A stretch of 52,136 nucleotides of DNA, counting the filler, from Sphacelaria rigidula (taxonomy: Eukaryota), in the NCBI GenBank assembly GCA_964200075.2. It is 4 parts of 4 records of this genome, joined end to end, with 100 filler letters (N's around TTAATTAATTAA, not from the genome) between each part and the next. Parts side by side here need not be neighbours in the genome. Positions count along the whole stretch, not along the records: positions 1 to 12,960 come from CAXNAA020003264.1; 3 more parts are not named here. One strand, written 5' to 3'. Under the pieces are notes generated by a model that saw nothing but the letters and a program-made list of their open reading frames with translations, had not been told where the DNA came from and did not search any database. The translations under genes were made by a program, and so were the position numbers. Numbering within the stretch: the first letter of the stretch is position 1; the number at the start of each line of letters is the position of its first letter. This document shows positions 1 through 12,960 of the stretch, in pieces.

Positions 1-787
1 GGGGGTGATGTTCACCCTGAGCTGCACGGATTCTGCCCTAACTCGTTGCATACAGCACTGTTGCCATCGCAATTCGCGAGAGGAATGGTCTGTCTATATA
101 TGAACGCACCTTAATTGTTCGTGCGTCTCCTCTCTCCTGGGCGATGCTGTCTGAGCCGCTCTTGAATGCACAGCAGGTGCGGACCGTGCTTGCGAAATCA
201 GGATATTTGCCATCATCCAACGCTTATCACCGTTTTTCGCGGAGGCGTTTAAAAGACTATTAAAAAAAAGGAAATTTCCCCCGGCGTAACAGTGCGTTCG
301 TATTATCCAAAGAATGGGGTGGAGTATAACATGAACGCACGTTGTTCTATACACAAGCAGCACAGACAGAGTCCCCAATGGTGTACAACGGTCGCATCAT
401 CAAGAGCACGAAAGTGGGATCTGGAGGGACAGGTGTTCTCACAGGTTGACCTGTGCTTGCTCTGTTGTCTGTTGCGACCATTCGCAGCATATCCAAAAGA
501 GTTCACCGTTTTAGCGCTCGCGGCCTGCTGCGACAACTTGTGCAGGATGGCGATATCTTAAACGAGGGGGACTGCAGGACGTCTGGGCGCTAGAACAGAT
601 TTCGTGCACTCTCTTTTTCGACCAATAGCATCGCAGCAGGCAGACATGGTTGAGAGGGTGGAGTGGGGCTTTTGTAGGCCGTGTCTGTCTGCCTCAGGCT
701 CAGCAGCGAACAGCGACGGACAGAGGCACGGGTTTGTGAAAAGGGCACGCTCATCGCTGAGCTTCCACGCTTGTTGCGTTTGCATAT

Positions 788-841
788 GTTGTTATTGTTG
801 TCGTCGTCGTTGTTGTTATTGTTGTTGTTGTTGTTGTTGTT
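788..841. repeat. (TTG)n/(TCG)n trinucleotide microsatellite
   Basis: Directly visible run gttgttattgttgtcgtcgtcgttgttg...; it explains the poly-N, poly-L and poly-C ORFs in the track. Confidence 0.95.
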
Positions 842-1912
842 TCTCACAATAGCCCTTTTCCAGAGGTCTAGCCCTCGTGATCACAAAGCCATGACACAAA
901 GATAAAATGCACGAAGAAAAAATGTACGCCCAAGGACAGGAGAAACACGGCGGCCCGAAGGGCGGGATTGTTGTACACACACGTCAGCGATAAAAATAAA
1001 GTAGTATGTGTCAATGTGTGTGTTTATCCTCCTCAACCGCCTGTTGGGGGTAGGTGGAAACAAATTTTCCACGAACTCTCCGCGATTCTCGGCCCTAATC
1101 ATACACCACCCCACCACACGCACACACCCCGCCTGCAGCACGTCCATCCCACATCAAATTCGCCACGCCCTTCGGCTGTTCAGCGACAAAAAAAGCAGTT
1201 CGTTTTTGTGTGTTGACCGCTTGCACGTATTTTTGTTACGGTTGTTGGCGCAATCACTGCCACTGTAGTCAGTACTCTTGAGAATTGTGGATCTGCAGCA
1301 GTGCAGCTAGCTGACCCTGGCTTACGCACGAATATCTTGAGACTGTATAGTACTGTTCGGTAACGAGCGGTTCGAGCTCGGTCGTGTGTGTTGACCACAT
1401 GCATATGCGGCTGCAGTTGCTGTTGCGAGATCGCGGCTACTTTTGATGATCATGAGACGGCAGTGCCGATGGCCCTGCTTTGTGCACGAAAAACTGGCTG
1501 CATTTGCTATGATGTCTGTCACATGTGCGTGGCAACGGTCTACCACGCCCTTTCAATGTAGGCGTCGTGTCTAAACCAGAAACAGTTATTCTGAACCCCA
1601 GGCTGAAAAGATTGAACAAAAAGGGACCTGCTGACTCGTGGGCTCTACAGGTGTTCATTTCCCCTTGATGCGGTGCGTTCCTTCAGTCTGGTAACCGTTC
1701 CCGTTTTCTCTCATGTTCACCGGGGTGGCCGAAGCTCTGCCAGTAGACGCCGCTTCACGACACTTCCATTGCAGTACATTTTCGTGTGTCTACATCACCA
1801 TTTAACTCATTCTTCGTGTATGGCTACCCGGATGCGTTTCTGCACGCTTGTCTGTCTGTCTGCCTGCCTGCCGGCGTGCCGCTCCACCACCACTCCTCCC
1901 TCGTGGCTGTAA

Positions 1913-4900
1913 CTGCTCGGCGGGGAACCGCCTGTGGATGATGCGAAGGCGGAAATTTTGACAATGACACAGGCGCTGCTACGAGTGAGGCAGATGCCCG
2001 TGGATATCTCCAAAGTAAGTAAAGTATGGGCATGTATTCCTTGAATGTTGTAATGATTGCTGCAGTTGGCGATGCTACCCCGGGGCACCTACGGTTGCTG
2101 CCTAGATTTGATCTATTGAGGGCACTCGACGGTGGGGTTTTCCTCCAGGTTCGGGGGCGCAGGATAGCTCAAAGGAGACGTTCATTATGTGTTTTTACGA
2201 AAAAAATAAGCATCATCAGGTGAAAAACGCGCCAACATGCACAAGCCTGGACGCTCAGTGCCGCGCTGCCGTATCTCGTCAACGTGCGGAACCCAGGCAC
2301 ACCAATAACCTGCTTTGTGCTGAAGGGTTGGCGAGTTGATGCAATATCACGTTTTTGCCTCACAGGGAATCGTCCCGGTGCTCGTGTTGAAACGCGTGTC
2401 TTTGACGCAGTTTGTTTCCGTATGTGATTGGCCACTCGATAGCGCATACTCACAGCGCAACGCTTCAGCATCGTGTGGTTTAGCATCTCTCCCTCTACTC
2501 CCCTTGCTATCCAGCACCTGTGTCTACAGCTTACGTACAACGAAATATATTCCCCGAGCCAGCACGCGTGGTCGTCCGTATTTACAACGATCCTGCAGTT
2601 ATGGTAAATGATCCGTATGCCTTACTACCTCGGACCGCCTCGCATTATTCAATCAGCTATGTGAGGGGGACGGAATGAAAGGGAAGTGGAAGCTGGAGTT
2701 CTCGACGGAGGAGCGCTACAAGGTACGAATATCTCACTTCTCTCGATTTCTGTAGCTTCCTACGTAAGATTTTGCCTACAACTCTGCCGCGCTCTTGCCA
2801 TGCACATGTCGTTCTGCTCGACGGCGTGCCACAACCCACATGTTTGATGTCAAGTGTCATCTTGTGGGAGCTGTCGAGGCTTCCGATGTTGCTCTCCACC
2901 AAACCCCGAACTATGCCCGTGTCCGCCAAGGTTTGCAAGTGCCCAATTGGTGGACGGTTTCGATCATCATCCCGTCCCCTTCTCCCTCTCATCGTATGCC
3001 GCGCCTCATAGTTGCTGCCCGTGACAACTGACATCTACAACTACATCTACGACGGTAACGGTGGTGGACGGATGGACAACATCATTCGGTTCTACAAGTC
3101 CGCGATCGTGAAGAGTGTGCGAGCAGTGACCAAGTACACGGTGGGTGAAAAAACGGAACACGCCTGACGACTGCATTGGAGGGGGGCGCGGGGGGGCATA
3201 CCATGCTCGTTCGCTTCAGCTGTATGACTATCGACCATGAGTCCTTGAAAAGGCGGAGAATTCTCCTCAGCGTTGCGGTCGCTCTGGACAACCCATCCTG
3301 CCCTCCCGACGACGGTCCGAAGTGCTATGCCGACCAAAAATTATATATCGCTTTCTCATTCGCTGTCCTGGGGGGTTCAGGAAAGGGGAGGGGCAGGATG
3401 TATCAGTTCATTTATCCCGATTCGTAGCACACGGTACTGCTACCCGAGATCGATCACACGAATGAAAGACGCGCAAGAGGCACAACGTAAAAATGTAGCT
3501 ACTCTTGAACAGAGTATCGCAGAAGGTTATGCCGTACGCTATGCGGAGGGAGCACATTTTGACCCGTGGTCGGGAGGTTTCCAAACGATCTGCGGATCCA
3601 TGTCACCGTTGAGAGAAAATCACACAGTGTGACAGCAAGCCACTCGTACAAGTCCGGAAACTTCCGCGTACCTCTCACACTGCCGCTACGACAGTTTATC
3701 GTGAAGGTACTCATTCCAAGACCGGGCCTCTACTTCCATGTTTAAATTGCTGCGCGGAGCAGATGGACAGACGGGGGAGACTGGTGTTCGATTTTGAAAG
3801 GATAGAATCCGACCTCTTTGGGTTCAAGATACCACTGCCGAGGTTTGGGCAAGATACCGCTTTTGTGGAGATGCAGGTATTGTTGAGCGGAGGAGGGCGC
3901 GCGCGCGGGGAGGGGGGGGCGTGCTCATCTGTTGCTTGTCTCAGTCTTTTGACCATTGACCACGCATCCCTTTCGAAACGGAAGACCGTTCCTACTCCCA
4001 ATAGAGACACCTCCAACATCTGGGCGCTCATTACGTTCCTGGAGCGGGGGGAAGTGGTGTGTGAAAACTTCGTTCGGCGTTCACGTAATTTATATTAATG
4101 CTGCGTATGGAGTGAAAGCAGCAATTTATTATAGTTGGCAGCAATTTATTAAAGTTGGCAGCAATTTATTATAGTTGGCAGCTATTAAAAGCATACGTCC
4201 AGAACACGAGTGTAGGGTTTCCGACTCATGTAAACATCGTGCAAATGCGCCACGAGATTGTGCTGATATACCTTACGTTTCGATAAAAGATGTCGTGTCA
4301 TTTTTTACCACTTTTTGGGATTGAGATGTGTGAAACATGTTCGAAGCTGTGTGTGAAACACCTTGAGGGGCGTCAGCTGCCACGCTCCAGCGGGTGACAT
4401 CGGGTTTCCTCGACCCCTTCGCTGCTGTTACAACTCGTGTGCACCGCAGTACTTCGACGGTGATCTGTGGATAGAGGCGTTCGAGGCCCCGCTAGAGTCG
4501 AACAAGGACGAGATGGGGAGCGTGATAAATATTTACAGGTTAGACGGTCTGGCAGTCACTGCCCATCGGATGTTGTCGTTGCCCCAATGGCGTGTGCCGG
4601 AGCTGCGCAAGTGGCCGATGTGGTGATGAGCGCACCCATGTCGTCAGTGGTCGCTGTTTTGCCTGCTTGGCCACGTATTTTACCAATGGTTGTAGCCTTT
4701 TGCAAGCGATGCAGGGAGAAGACAAACTTGGTTGTCCTGTACGAAACAGAAATATGGGCGTCAGTTTTTGCTTGGCGACCAGAGGTCGATACTCCGTGTC
4801 GAAATACTGGACACACGCAGGCAGTATTTCTCACAAACGCGTACACAGCTAGACCGCTTTTGTCCCGGGTTGCGACACTGGAGCGTCACTGTTGCTTGAA

Positions 4901-5191
4901 AGCATAGCCGTAGCTGTGTTGCTCATACATGTATTTCGAAGTGCTCCATGTGCCCTGCGGCTCCCACGCAGCGGTGCGCGCTCCTTTTCAAGCGGATGGG
5001 TTTGATATGTGTCCCTAAATCGGATCAATATCGACATCTAAATACACCCAACCCTACCTCCTTTCCCGACACGATTACGACCGCTCGTGTACAATAATTT
5101 TCTTCCGAACAGGCGGGTTGGTGACGTCACGGAGGAGGACAAAACAAGTATCCCGGAGCGAAAAGGCGGCATAGGCCAGGCGCAGCGGTGA
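1913..5191 (+). CDS. PAP/fibrillin-like (plastid lipid-associated) protein, spliced, 5' end not identified
   Basis: Phase-compatible exons ~1913-2014, 2657-2722, 3012-3140, 3763-3876, 4450-4538 and 5113-5191 with GT-AG introns give ...VDISK|LCEGDGMKGKWKLEFSTEERYK|LLPVTTDIYNYIYDGNGGGRMDNIIRF...|MDRRGRLVFDFERIESDLFGFKIPLP...EMQ|YFDGDLWIE...NIYR|RVGD...QR*. The GxWxLxF/YST and YxDxDLxI motifs match PAP/fibrillin. Confidence 0.75.
4118..4184. repeat. ~20-bp tandem repeat, 3 copies (gcagcaatttattatagttg)
   Basis: Directly visible, intronic. Confidence 0.9.
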
Positions 5192-5790
5192 CGGGGAATC
5201 GATCTCCTCTTTTTTCAGCAGCAATGGCGTACTGTACACTAGGACATATGGCGCGCGCGCAGCTTGAGATCACGGTACCATGGCCCGCACCCTCGGCCTA
5301 CAATATGTTGACGTTTTCAGTACCGGGGAGAGATGGATTGATCCCTTAAGACCACGAACTCGCCACGAGGAAGGGGAAGGGTTGAAAGTGCAACAAATAA
5401 AGTAATAATGAAATAAATACTAGTTATTATTTTCAGTGCAGAACCACTCTTATTAGGTTGAGTAGTGAGTTGGACGTCGATTTGTGTGTATGTTGCGACT
5501 GTAAATGCAAGGTTAGGATAGCAGAGACCAGGATTGTTGCCCGGAGGATGCAAAGCTCTGTTATCCAACGCACGCTATCGCGTAAAATGCGATTGAAAGT
5601 ATTGGGAACATGTTTTGGCTTCACGAAAATGTACGGTTGACAATCCCGCATTTTTCAACACTATCTAGCTCTAACTCTATCAGGTATGTATCATCCGGCC
5701 AGACTCCACACTGAGATCAGCATTGCTCTCCCAGCAAACAATGCTGAACAGCAAGAGCTTCTTGCTCATCCGGGAATCGTCGCTTTCTTC

Positions 5791-8700
5791 TCATGACACG
5801 GTGCAGGCCTTCGAAATTGTCGTGGTCACCTAACGAACATCAGCAAAAAGATGGAGAGAGAAGGAATCCTGTCACGGGCGCTGCACCGCTGCAAATGTCC
5901 CTTTTACCGTGAAGCGTCATTCGGGGCCGACTCGACGGCAGCTGAGACTGTCGAGAGAACTGCAGTTGTTTGCTGAAGCGCCCTTTACTAGGAAACACGT
6001 CCATTAGCGTACATGTGTGACCGTGGCAACGGAGACTAGCGTTAGCGCTGAGTTTATTGGAACCTTCCAGAGCTTTTCAAAGTGCCAAGATACCTGGAAA
6101 CAGTGTGGTCGGTCTTTATGGATAATGAAAAGTAGCCGCAAACATTGACGGCGCGCAGTGAGACACAGATGGGAGAACCCTCAACAGAAAGTATAACACC
6201 CGTTCCATGTGAGAGCATCGCGCAGCAACATTTTTGCGCCAGACTGACCCGGGTGTAGGGCACGGGCGTTACCTGTCGTTTCGCAGCAAGGTACGCCCCT
6301 GGTCGTTCTTTTAGCAGAGCTCGTCGTTGATCTTGTAAAATTCGGATTTCGTCCTGAAATCAACGGCGACGTAAGATAAAGCATCGAATTTCAGATTTCG
6401 CTGCAGCAAAAATAAGGTATGCCTTATGATGTTACTACGACATGAGATAGATTCAAACCCCTACCTATCGGTAAGGTTGGTGCTCCACTTCCAGGACCGG
6501 CAACTTCACTCCTCACACTTCGAGGGAAAAGAAACGTTTCCACGCGGAACCAAGGGTCTGCAAGAGAAAAAAACGGACACGAAGTCCCCCCCCCCCCGCC
6601 CCGCCCCTCCCTGAGGCCAGTTTTTTTTAATTGTCATGATTTTTCATACTTTTATGTTGATACTGTTGAAAGAAAGTGGTCAACAAACACGAACAAAAAC
6701 CGAAAAGTCTGGCGGACTTTGCGAGGTTCGTATGTTCGCTTCTGCTCCTTGCCCGCCCTGTCCCGATGACGTCGGATGGCGGCAACGCTGACACACATCT
6801 ATGTACAATACACGAGCGCCCGGTAGCGACAGCCTGTAGCCAAAGTAGCAGGAGTATCTCACGCCTCGCCAATTTTGCGCGGACTAGTGGTAGATGGTCG
6901 AGGCACACGACACGGAACATGATGCCATAATTGTAGTCATGGTAGCTGATGGGCTTGGAGGAGCCGTGTGTCCGTCATCTCAGCGATCTTCATGCCAAGG
7001 ATCTCCGTACACGGCAGCTGACGGCATCCGCCAACGCCTCGGCAATAAACTAGCGGACAGCAGGCTGCAAAAACTCGAATTTTCGATCTTGGGGCGTACG
7101 TGTCCCGAAATAGTTTTCGACAGACCATTGGCGAAACTGAAAAACAAACAGCATAGCGCCTCCAGTTCCAGTGCCGACGAGCGCTGGGAGCGATGCAACA
7201 GTCGCGTGATATTGCAACGTAGGCGCTGCGGCATTACGCTTTCAGCCGCCAGACCCCCGGGTTCTGTGACGGGAAGTTAGTGAAAAAAAATAAACAGTGC
7301 TAGGCAGAATTATTCACCGTTCTGTTGGTACGCACATGCCACTTGAAAGAAAGGATCTTTAGCAACAGGTTTTTCACCCGTAGATATAGGGTATGCCCCG
7401 CCAGTTTCAGGCGATCACACCGGCCAACATCGGTGTTCATGCAAATCACGCCGGTGTTTATCCACGCCCCAACGATTAACGGTGGTCCTGCTCTTCGGTC
7501 CAAGGAAAAATTTTGTCTCCGAAGAGTTGATATATGCGGCCCCAGGAGTGATGCTACGGTAGGGACGCACAAATATCTTCTGAGGTTTAAGTTGTTAGGA
7601 ACCCTTCATTTAATCTAAGAGACGACTTATGAAAATGTGAGAGAGTACGCCAGGATCACTATTTCAATGTGCCGGGGATTCCCGAATGAATTTGCAAACG
7701 GGGATGCCCTGACAAATATTCTTGTGCATCTAGGATCGTTAGGAGTCCCTGAACCAGACAAAATTTTGCGCAAAAAGTGCACCCCTACCGTAGAATTACT
7801 CCTGGGCTGTCTTCCTCCTTGATAGTCACACCAGACTAGAGTAAGCGTGCTGACATAATCATCAGAGTCGGACACGAGAGAACGTTAACGTCGTCGGTGT
7901 CAGTGAAGTAAGAACACCGGGCGTACCTTTAACCGGAGCTTGGTCTCCTCTATCTTCTGCGTCTTGACTTCGAGGGTGTCGTTGAGATTTCTCAATTCTT
8001 CCAATTCCCACGCGTGATCTGAAACCACCCGCAAGTATACACGAGCCCACGACAAAGACAGCGGCAACCAGCCAAAGTCAAATATAGCACAGGAACGAAC
8101 GTCAAGAGATTCAGGGCAGCGATGACTTCGCCTTTTGAGCGCTGGGTGTCATGCCGAAATCGTCTCATCTGTTCATAACAGAAGTAAACACACTTTGTGC
8201 CTTCTGGTAAACTGGAAACTCCTCTTTTCTCATCTTATACCCATGCTTGCTACTGGGATCTTCCCATAGCGCTCGGTGAAGCAACTGCCCCTTCACTCGC
8301 TGAGCCACCAAAAATCCAGACATGTTTTCAACAAACTTTACCTGTATGTAAACGGCAAATCCACAGTATCATCGTTGTGTCGCTGTGCAGAGCCGCAGGA
8401 ACGACATCTAGGTCGACGTTGCCTGCGCAATCTAGATCCTCCAGGGTTATCACCTCTCCGATCTTGTGGGGGAGTGTCTTGAGCTTGTTGTTTTGAATCC
8501 GCAAAGTCCGCAACCCCTTGAGAGTTGCTAACGTCTCTGGTATCTCCTCCAGCTTGTTCTCCGAAAGTATTAGCTCCTGTCAGGCGTGACAGGGTGGTGA
8601 TTGACAAAAAAAACGAGGGCCTTTGTTATCGTTGGATCTCGCTACGCTCTACCTACGGTTGTGCTGTGCAGCCTTGATCTTGATCGTATTTGCAGGTGTG

Positions 8701-11334
8701 TACACTGAGTTTGATCGCGAGTGTTTTACGCGTTTACAACCAAGATATCCTGTCGTGGACTCGAGCTGTGACTGGTCACTTCTTCTAGTCAATCTTTGCC
8801 AGCGCAGCGTCGACAGCACATGACGGGGGATGCGCTGTTTTCACAGATATGTATATTCCTCTCTGGGTCCACGACACGACCAATCGTCCAAATATAGTAT
8901 CTCTTCAGTCGTGACCGTTGCATTGTGGGGCACCTATAATCCCGTCCCATTGTCATTGAAACATTTTTTGTCAAACCTTGTTCAGATTGTACTCGACACC
9001 CGCAAGGACTTCTACACGCTGCGCGCCCAAAGGTGGTCAACGTTGTATAATAAATTCGATGCTATATACAAGTACTCAACATTCCAGCACTGAACCCGTT
9101 TGGTGGTGCTGGGCGAACAAATTAAAAAAAAAAACGCATCTTCTTGATAATTCTGTTAGTCCACATTACCATTTTTCTCCGATATTTTTGCTTCATCAAG
9201 TCGTTTATACCTCGAGCAGAGCGCAGTGACCAACCTCCGCCGGGATAGACTCCAGGTAGTTTCCGTTTGCCCGTATTCTTCGTAACCTGCTGCATTTCCC
9301 AATCTCTGGCGGTAAACCCTCCAGTTTGTTGCAAGATACGTCCAACTCCCTATTCGCAGTATCAGCAGCGCCAAAGAACAGAATATAAACACAGAATAAT
9401 GCAGTAAGATAATGTCTCACGCAATACCACCTGACTCAACGGGCAATGCTGTTTCTTCTCTGCTATGCCACACACCAGCGTACAATTCGTTTCTACTCGA
9501 GCAATCATAATTACATGGACATACGGATGAATGCCTTACCCCTGAATACAGGAGAAACACTGGTTTGGAACTCGTACCGTGGTGCACTGAATATTGCCCG
9601 TGTGTGTCACACGCTTCATTACGCATGTTGAATCCCCGCAGCGAGGGCGCCCGTAGACTCGAAATTCGGACACCGGGAACCCCCCCCTCCCCTGACCATG
9701 AGTACACCCCCTCCCCCCGCGCGCCCGCGGTGGAAAATACCAACTTTTGGGCACACTAAAGTTGAATATCTTAAGAACTGACCACACAATTTCTCAATAG
9801 ATGTATGTGCTTCTTGATTCTCTTTGCATAGCGCCATGCGCCTTCTGCTTCCGCGGTGTGACACGAGCTACCCTGGCTGGGCCAAGGATACCACTACATT
9901 AGAAGTTCAGATAACACCGCCGCGGAGCAGAAATTTCGTTTTCTTTCGAAACAAGAATGAATGGAGCACCAACGACGGTCAGGTGGTCCAGCATAGCGTG
10001 ATCGGGGGTTCGCAAATCGGGAACGCATAATACGGTGTGTACCTTATACAGCTAAATGAATCGCATCGGATCAAGAACCGGATAATCAAGCGCAACCATC
10101 TGTTTATGTCTCGCTCCTGTGGAGCTCGTGGGTCGGGTCTCCTTCTCAATTCTTGTGGTCCCCGTATAGCTGCTTCGCTAGACAGGCGACAGGGTCTTTC
10201 TTGACGAGACTACTTGATAAGCCGCCTCGTCCTCCAACAATGCAGCTTCCGACGATGAAGTGGCACACTCGGACATCCGCAACTCACTCGGACCAACAAC
10301 TTCAGGACGGGGGTTGGTATCCAGTTGGATGCTGGAGAATATATTTGTAATTTAGACCCTTTAAGGTTCGAAACGTTCGCTGGATATCACCCCCTCCCTC
10401 ACCCGCCCCCCTAGTTCGGCGAAAACCCGGCGTGCTCCGTCCCGGCTTTGTAGGGGCGAACCCTCCTATGGGGTTGGCGTCGGTTGGCCATGACGCTGTA
10501 AAACAAGCCAATCACTGCGTAAGCTAGACCACCAGGTTACCGTTTTTTTTCGCGCTCTTGCGTTTTTTTTCCGGTAACCATGATGGTAGTCGAGCTAGAT
10601 CATATTGTGCGGGGTGGGAGAACCTCGACTCCACGCAAAGAAGATTGTCGTACTATGTAGTGTGTAAATGATGAGACACCCACGAGGCAGTGTGGAAACC
10701 GTGGCTGTCTTTACAAGTGGCGATACCAGAAGGTGAAGCAACTTATTGTAGGCTGTCATCCAAATGCAAGATAATCAGAACGGTTCGGGCGGAACAATAG
10801 CAGGATGCAGCTCACCCTTTATGCGACTCGCCGGTCACACAACGGCGCTTCGCGCTTGGTCATTGATTGGGAACCTGGTCCGGCGAAATCCCGGCGTACT
10901 CCGTCCCGGCTTTGAAGGGGTGCGAGGTCGATGATCTTATGACTGTGGCATGCAAGATCGTTAGTATACCCCTCACCCGCCCCACCCCCATAAGCCCTCC
11001 TGCCCCTCCACCCCCCCCATAACTAGCAAACACCAATTTCGCCGCGGTGTGTCGGTTTTATTTTGCGGGCACCGTCGCTCGTAGCAAACTATTCACGTTC
11101 TTGGACTTCAGCAAAAGGGTACACACAACACGCACGTCGTGGTCGTCCCGGTGGTGACGAAAAGTAGATGACAGCAATAACAAAGTGCTCCAGCCAATCA
11201 TCGTCTGCGTGGCGCCGCCCGCATGTGATGGGTTGTGTTTCATATCTCACCTTAGAAGTAAGAGGTCGCCGAGCTCTGGGGGCAGATACTCGATGTTGTT
11301 GAACGACACATTCAGACACACAAGCTCTCGCTTC
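5791..11334 (-). CDS. Leucine-rich repeat protein with C-terminal coiled coil and CaaX motif, spliced, 5' exons missing
   Basis: Minus-strand exons 11334-11251, 9349-9211, 8576-8342, 8018-7927, 6353-6273 and 5829-5791 are all GT-AG and phase-compatible. They encode LxxLxLSxNxL repeats (LNVSFNNIEYLPPELG, LDVSCNKLEGLPPEIG, LILSENKLEEIPETLA), then WELEELRNLNDTLEVKTQKIEETKLRLK|DEIRILQDQRR...|VTTTISKACTVS*. Confidence 0.88.
10410..10969 (-). mobile_element. ~560-bp non-coding dispersed repeat with internal direct repeat and 14-bp flanking duplication
   Basis: Reverse-complement homolog of 38395-38970; flanked by ccctcacccgcccc at 10396-10409 and 10970-10983. Confidence 0.75.
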
Positions 11335-11553
11335 CTGTCGACCATGAGTAGAGGTTGGGAGGTTGCACGGGGGTCTAAGATAGATATGAAAGTGCAGGTA
11401 TGTGTGAGTTTTTTTTTTTTTTACAACAGATGAAAATTAGATGAGAATTGCCTCGAAGTCGAACGCGTCTCATTTTCCGAATTTGTGACAAATTTACGCC
11501 ACAGGTGCACCACCTACGCCTCCTGCAGGTCCAACCCAATCCATGTAACTTGT

Positions 11554-12915
11554 CACGCCGGACAACTCAACTCGGGTCAACACTTGTCAACTCTTTTCCG
11601 CATAAGTCATCAGCGAGTTATAGCTACATAACGCAGTGATGCGCATTCTGGCTAGGTGAGTTATACTGCATAACTCAACGGTGCACAATCTGGCCGGGTG
11701 AGTTCCAGAAGAAAACTCAGCGGTGTATATTCTGGTTGGATGAGTTCTAGAAGATGCTGTAACTCCGCGGTATACATTCTGGCCGGGTGAGTTCTAGAAG
11801 ATAACTCAGCGGTGCATATTCTGGCCAGGCGATTCACAGAAGATAACTCAGCGGTGTGGAAGTCTTGGTCAGGTGAGTTATTCAGCATAACTTAGTGGTG
11901 CATATTCTGGCTGGGTGAGTTATAGGGGATAACTCATCAGTGCATATCTTGTTCAAATGGGTCATTAAAGATAAGTCAGTGGTGCAAATTTTGACCGGGC
12001 AAGTTAACCTTTTGGAAACCATTGACGATTTTTATTGTGTGAATCGGCATCATTTTGACTTGAAAATGACCGAAAATGATGCAGATTCACAAAACAAAAA
12101 TCGGCGATGGGTCCCCAACGGGTTAATAGAAGAATATGCAGTGGTGCATAGTCTAGTCAGGTGAGGTATAGACCGCAATAACTTATCGCTGCAAAATCTG
12201 GCCGGATGAGTTTTGCTATACAAAATAACTGATTGGTTAAAATGAGATAGAGGGGGGGGTCATGTGTTGTGAGTTCTGTACACAGAGATGAGATGTGCGC
12301 CCCTATCATTACGGTCCTGTTTGATCTGCTCGACGTGCATCAGTACAGTACCAGTATACATATATATATATATATGTGTGTGTTTTCATAGTAATATTAC
12401 ACCTTCGGCAGTAGTAGTACTGATTTATAGCTATTATACTTGTAGTGTGAATTACCTCAAGGTTTCTCACGCTAAATGTACCGGCAGACGTGTCACGTGA
12501 TCACGTACGTGTTTCCACTTACACAAGTGACTTCTACCACTAGTATTGACCACTATGTTACACATATTGCCCGTCGGGTGAGTTTTGCTGCATGCCTCAT
12601 TCCCACAACTCAGCTGTGAGTTATAGCAACATTACTCAGCGGTGCATATTCTGGTAAGGTGAATTATAGAATACTACAGTAGAATAGTAACTCAGCGGTG
12701 CACATGCTGGCTAGGTAAGTTATCAAAGATAACTCAGCGGTGCATATTCTGACCGGGTGAGTTATATTGTAGAAGATAACTCAACGGTGCGCACATTCTG
12801 GTCGGATGAGTTATAGAAGATAACTTAGCGGTGCATACTCGTAGAGTCTATTTTCGGCCGGTGAGATATACGGCATGACTGAGATACATATAACTCATGA
12901 GTTGTCCGGCGGTTG
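11554..12915. mobile_element. Non-autonomous TIR element carrying a ~41-bp tandem repeat array
   Basis: Inverted repeats cgccggacaactca (11556-11569) and tgagttgtccggcg (12898-12911). Flanking duplication aacttgt (11547-11553, 12916-12922). Internal units resemble gataactcagcggtgcatattctggccgggtgagttatagaa. Confidence 0.75.
12008..12122. mobile_element. piggyBac-like MITE (TTAA target duplication)
   Basis: TTAA at 12004-12007 and 12123-12126, with imperfect TIRs ccttttggaaaccat / atgggtccccaacggg. Removing it restores a satellite unit. Confidence 0.65.
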
Positions 12916-12960
12916 AACTTGTCCTCGCTATAGTTGAGAGTCATCCTACGATAGGGGGAG

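Noticed and set aside
590-905. Poly-Asn, poly-Leu and poly-Cys ORFs
   Set aside because: They are translations of the (TTG)n microsatellite.
11620-12900. Possible CRISPR array
   Set aside because: Contiguous degenerate tandem units without unique spacers, no cas genes, and a eukaryotic context.
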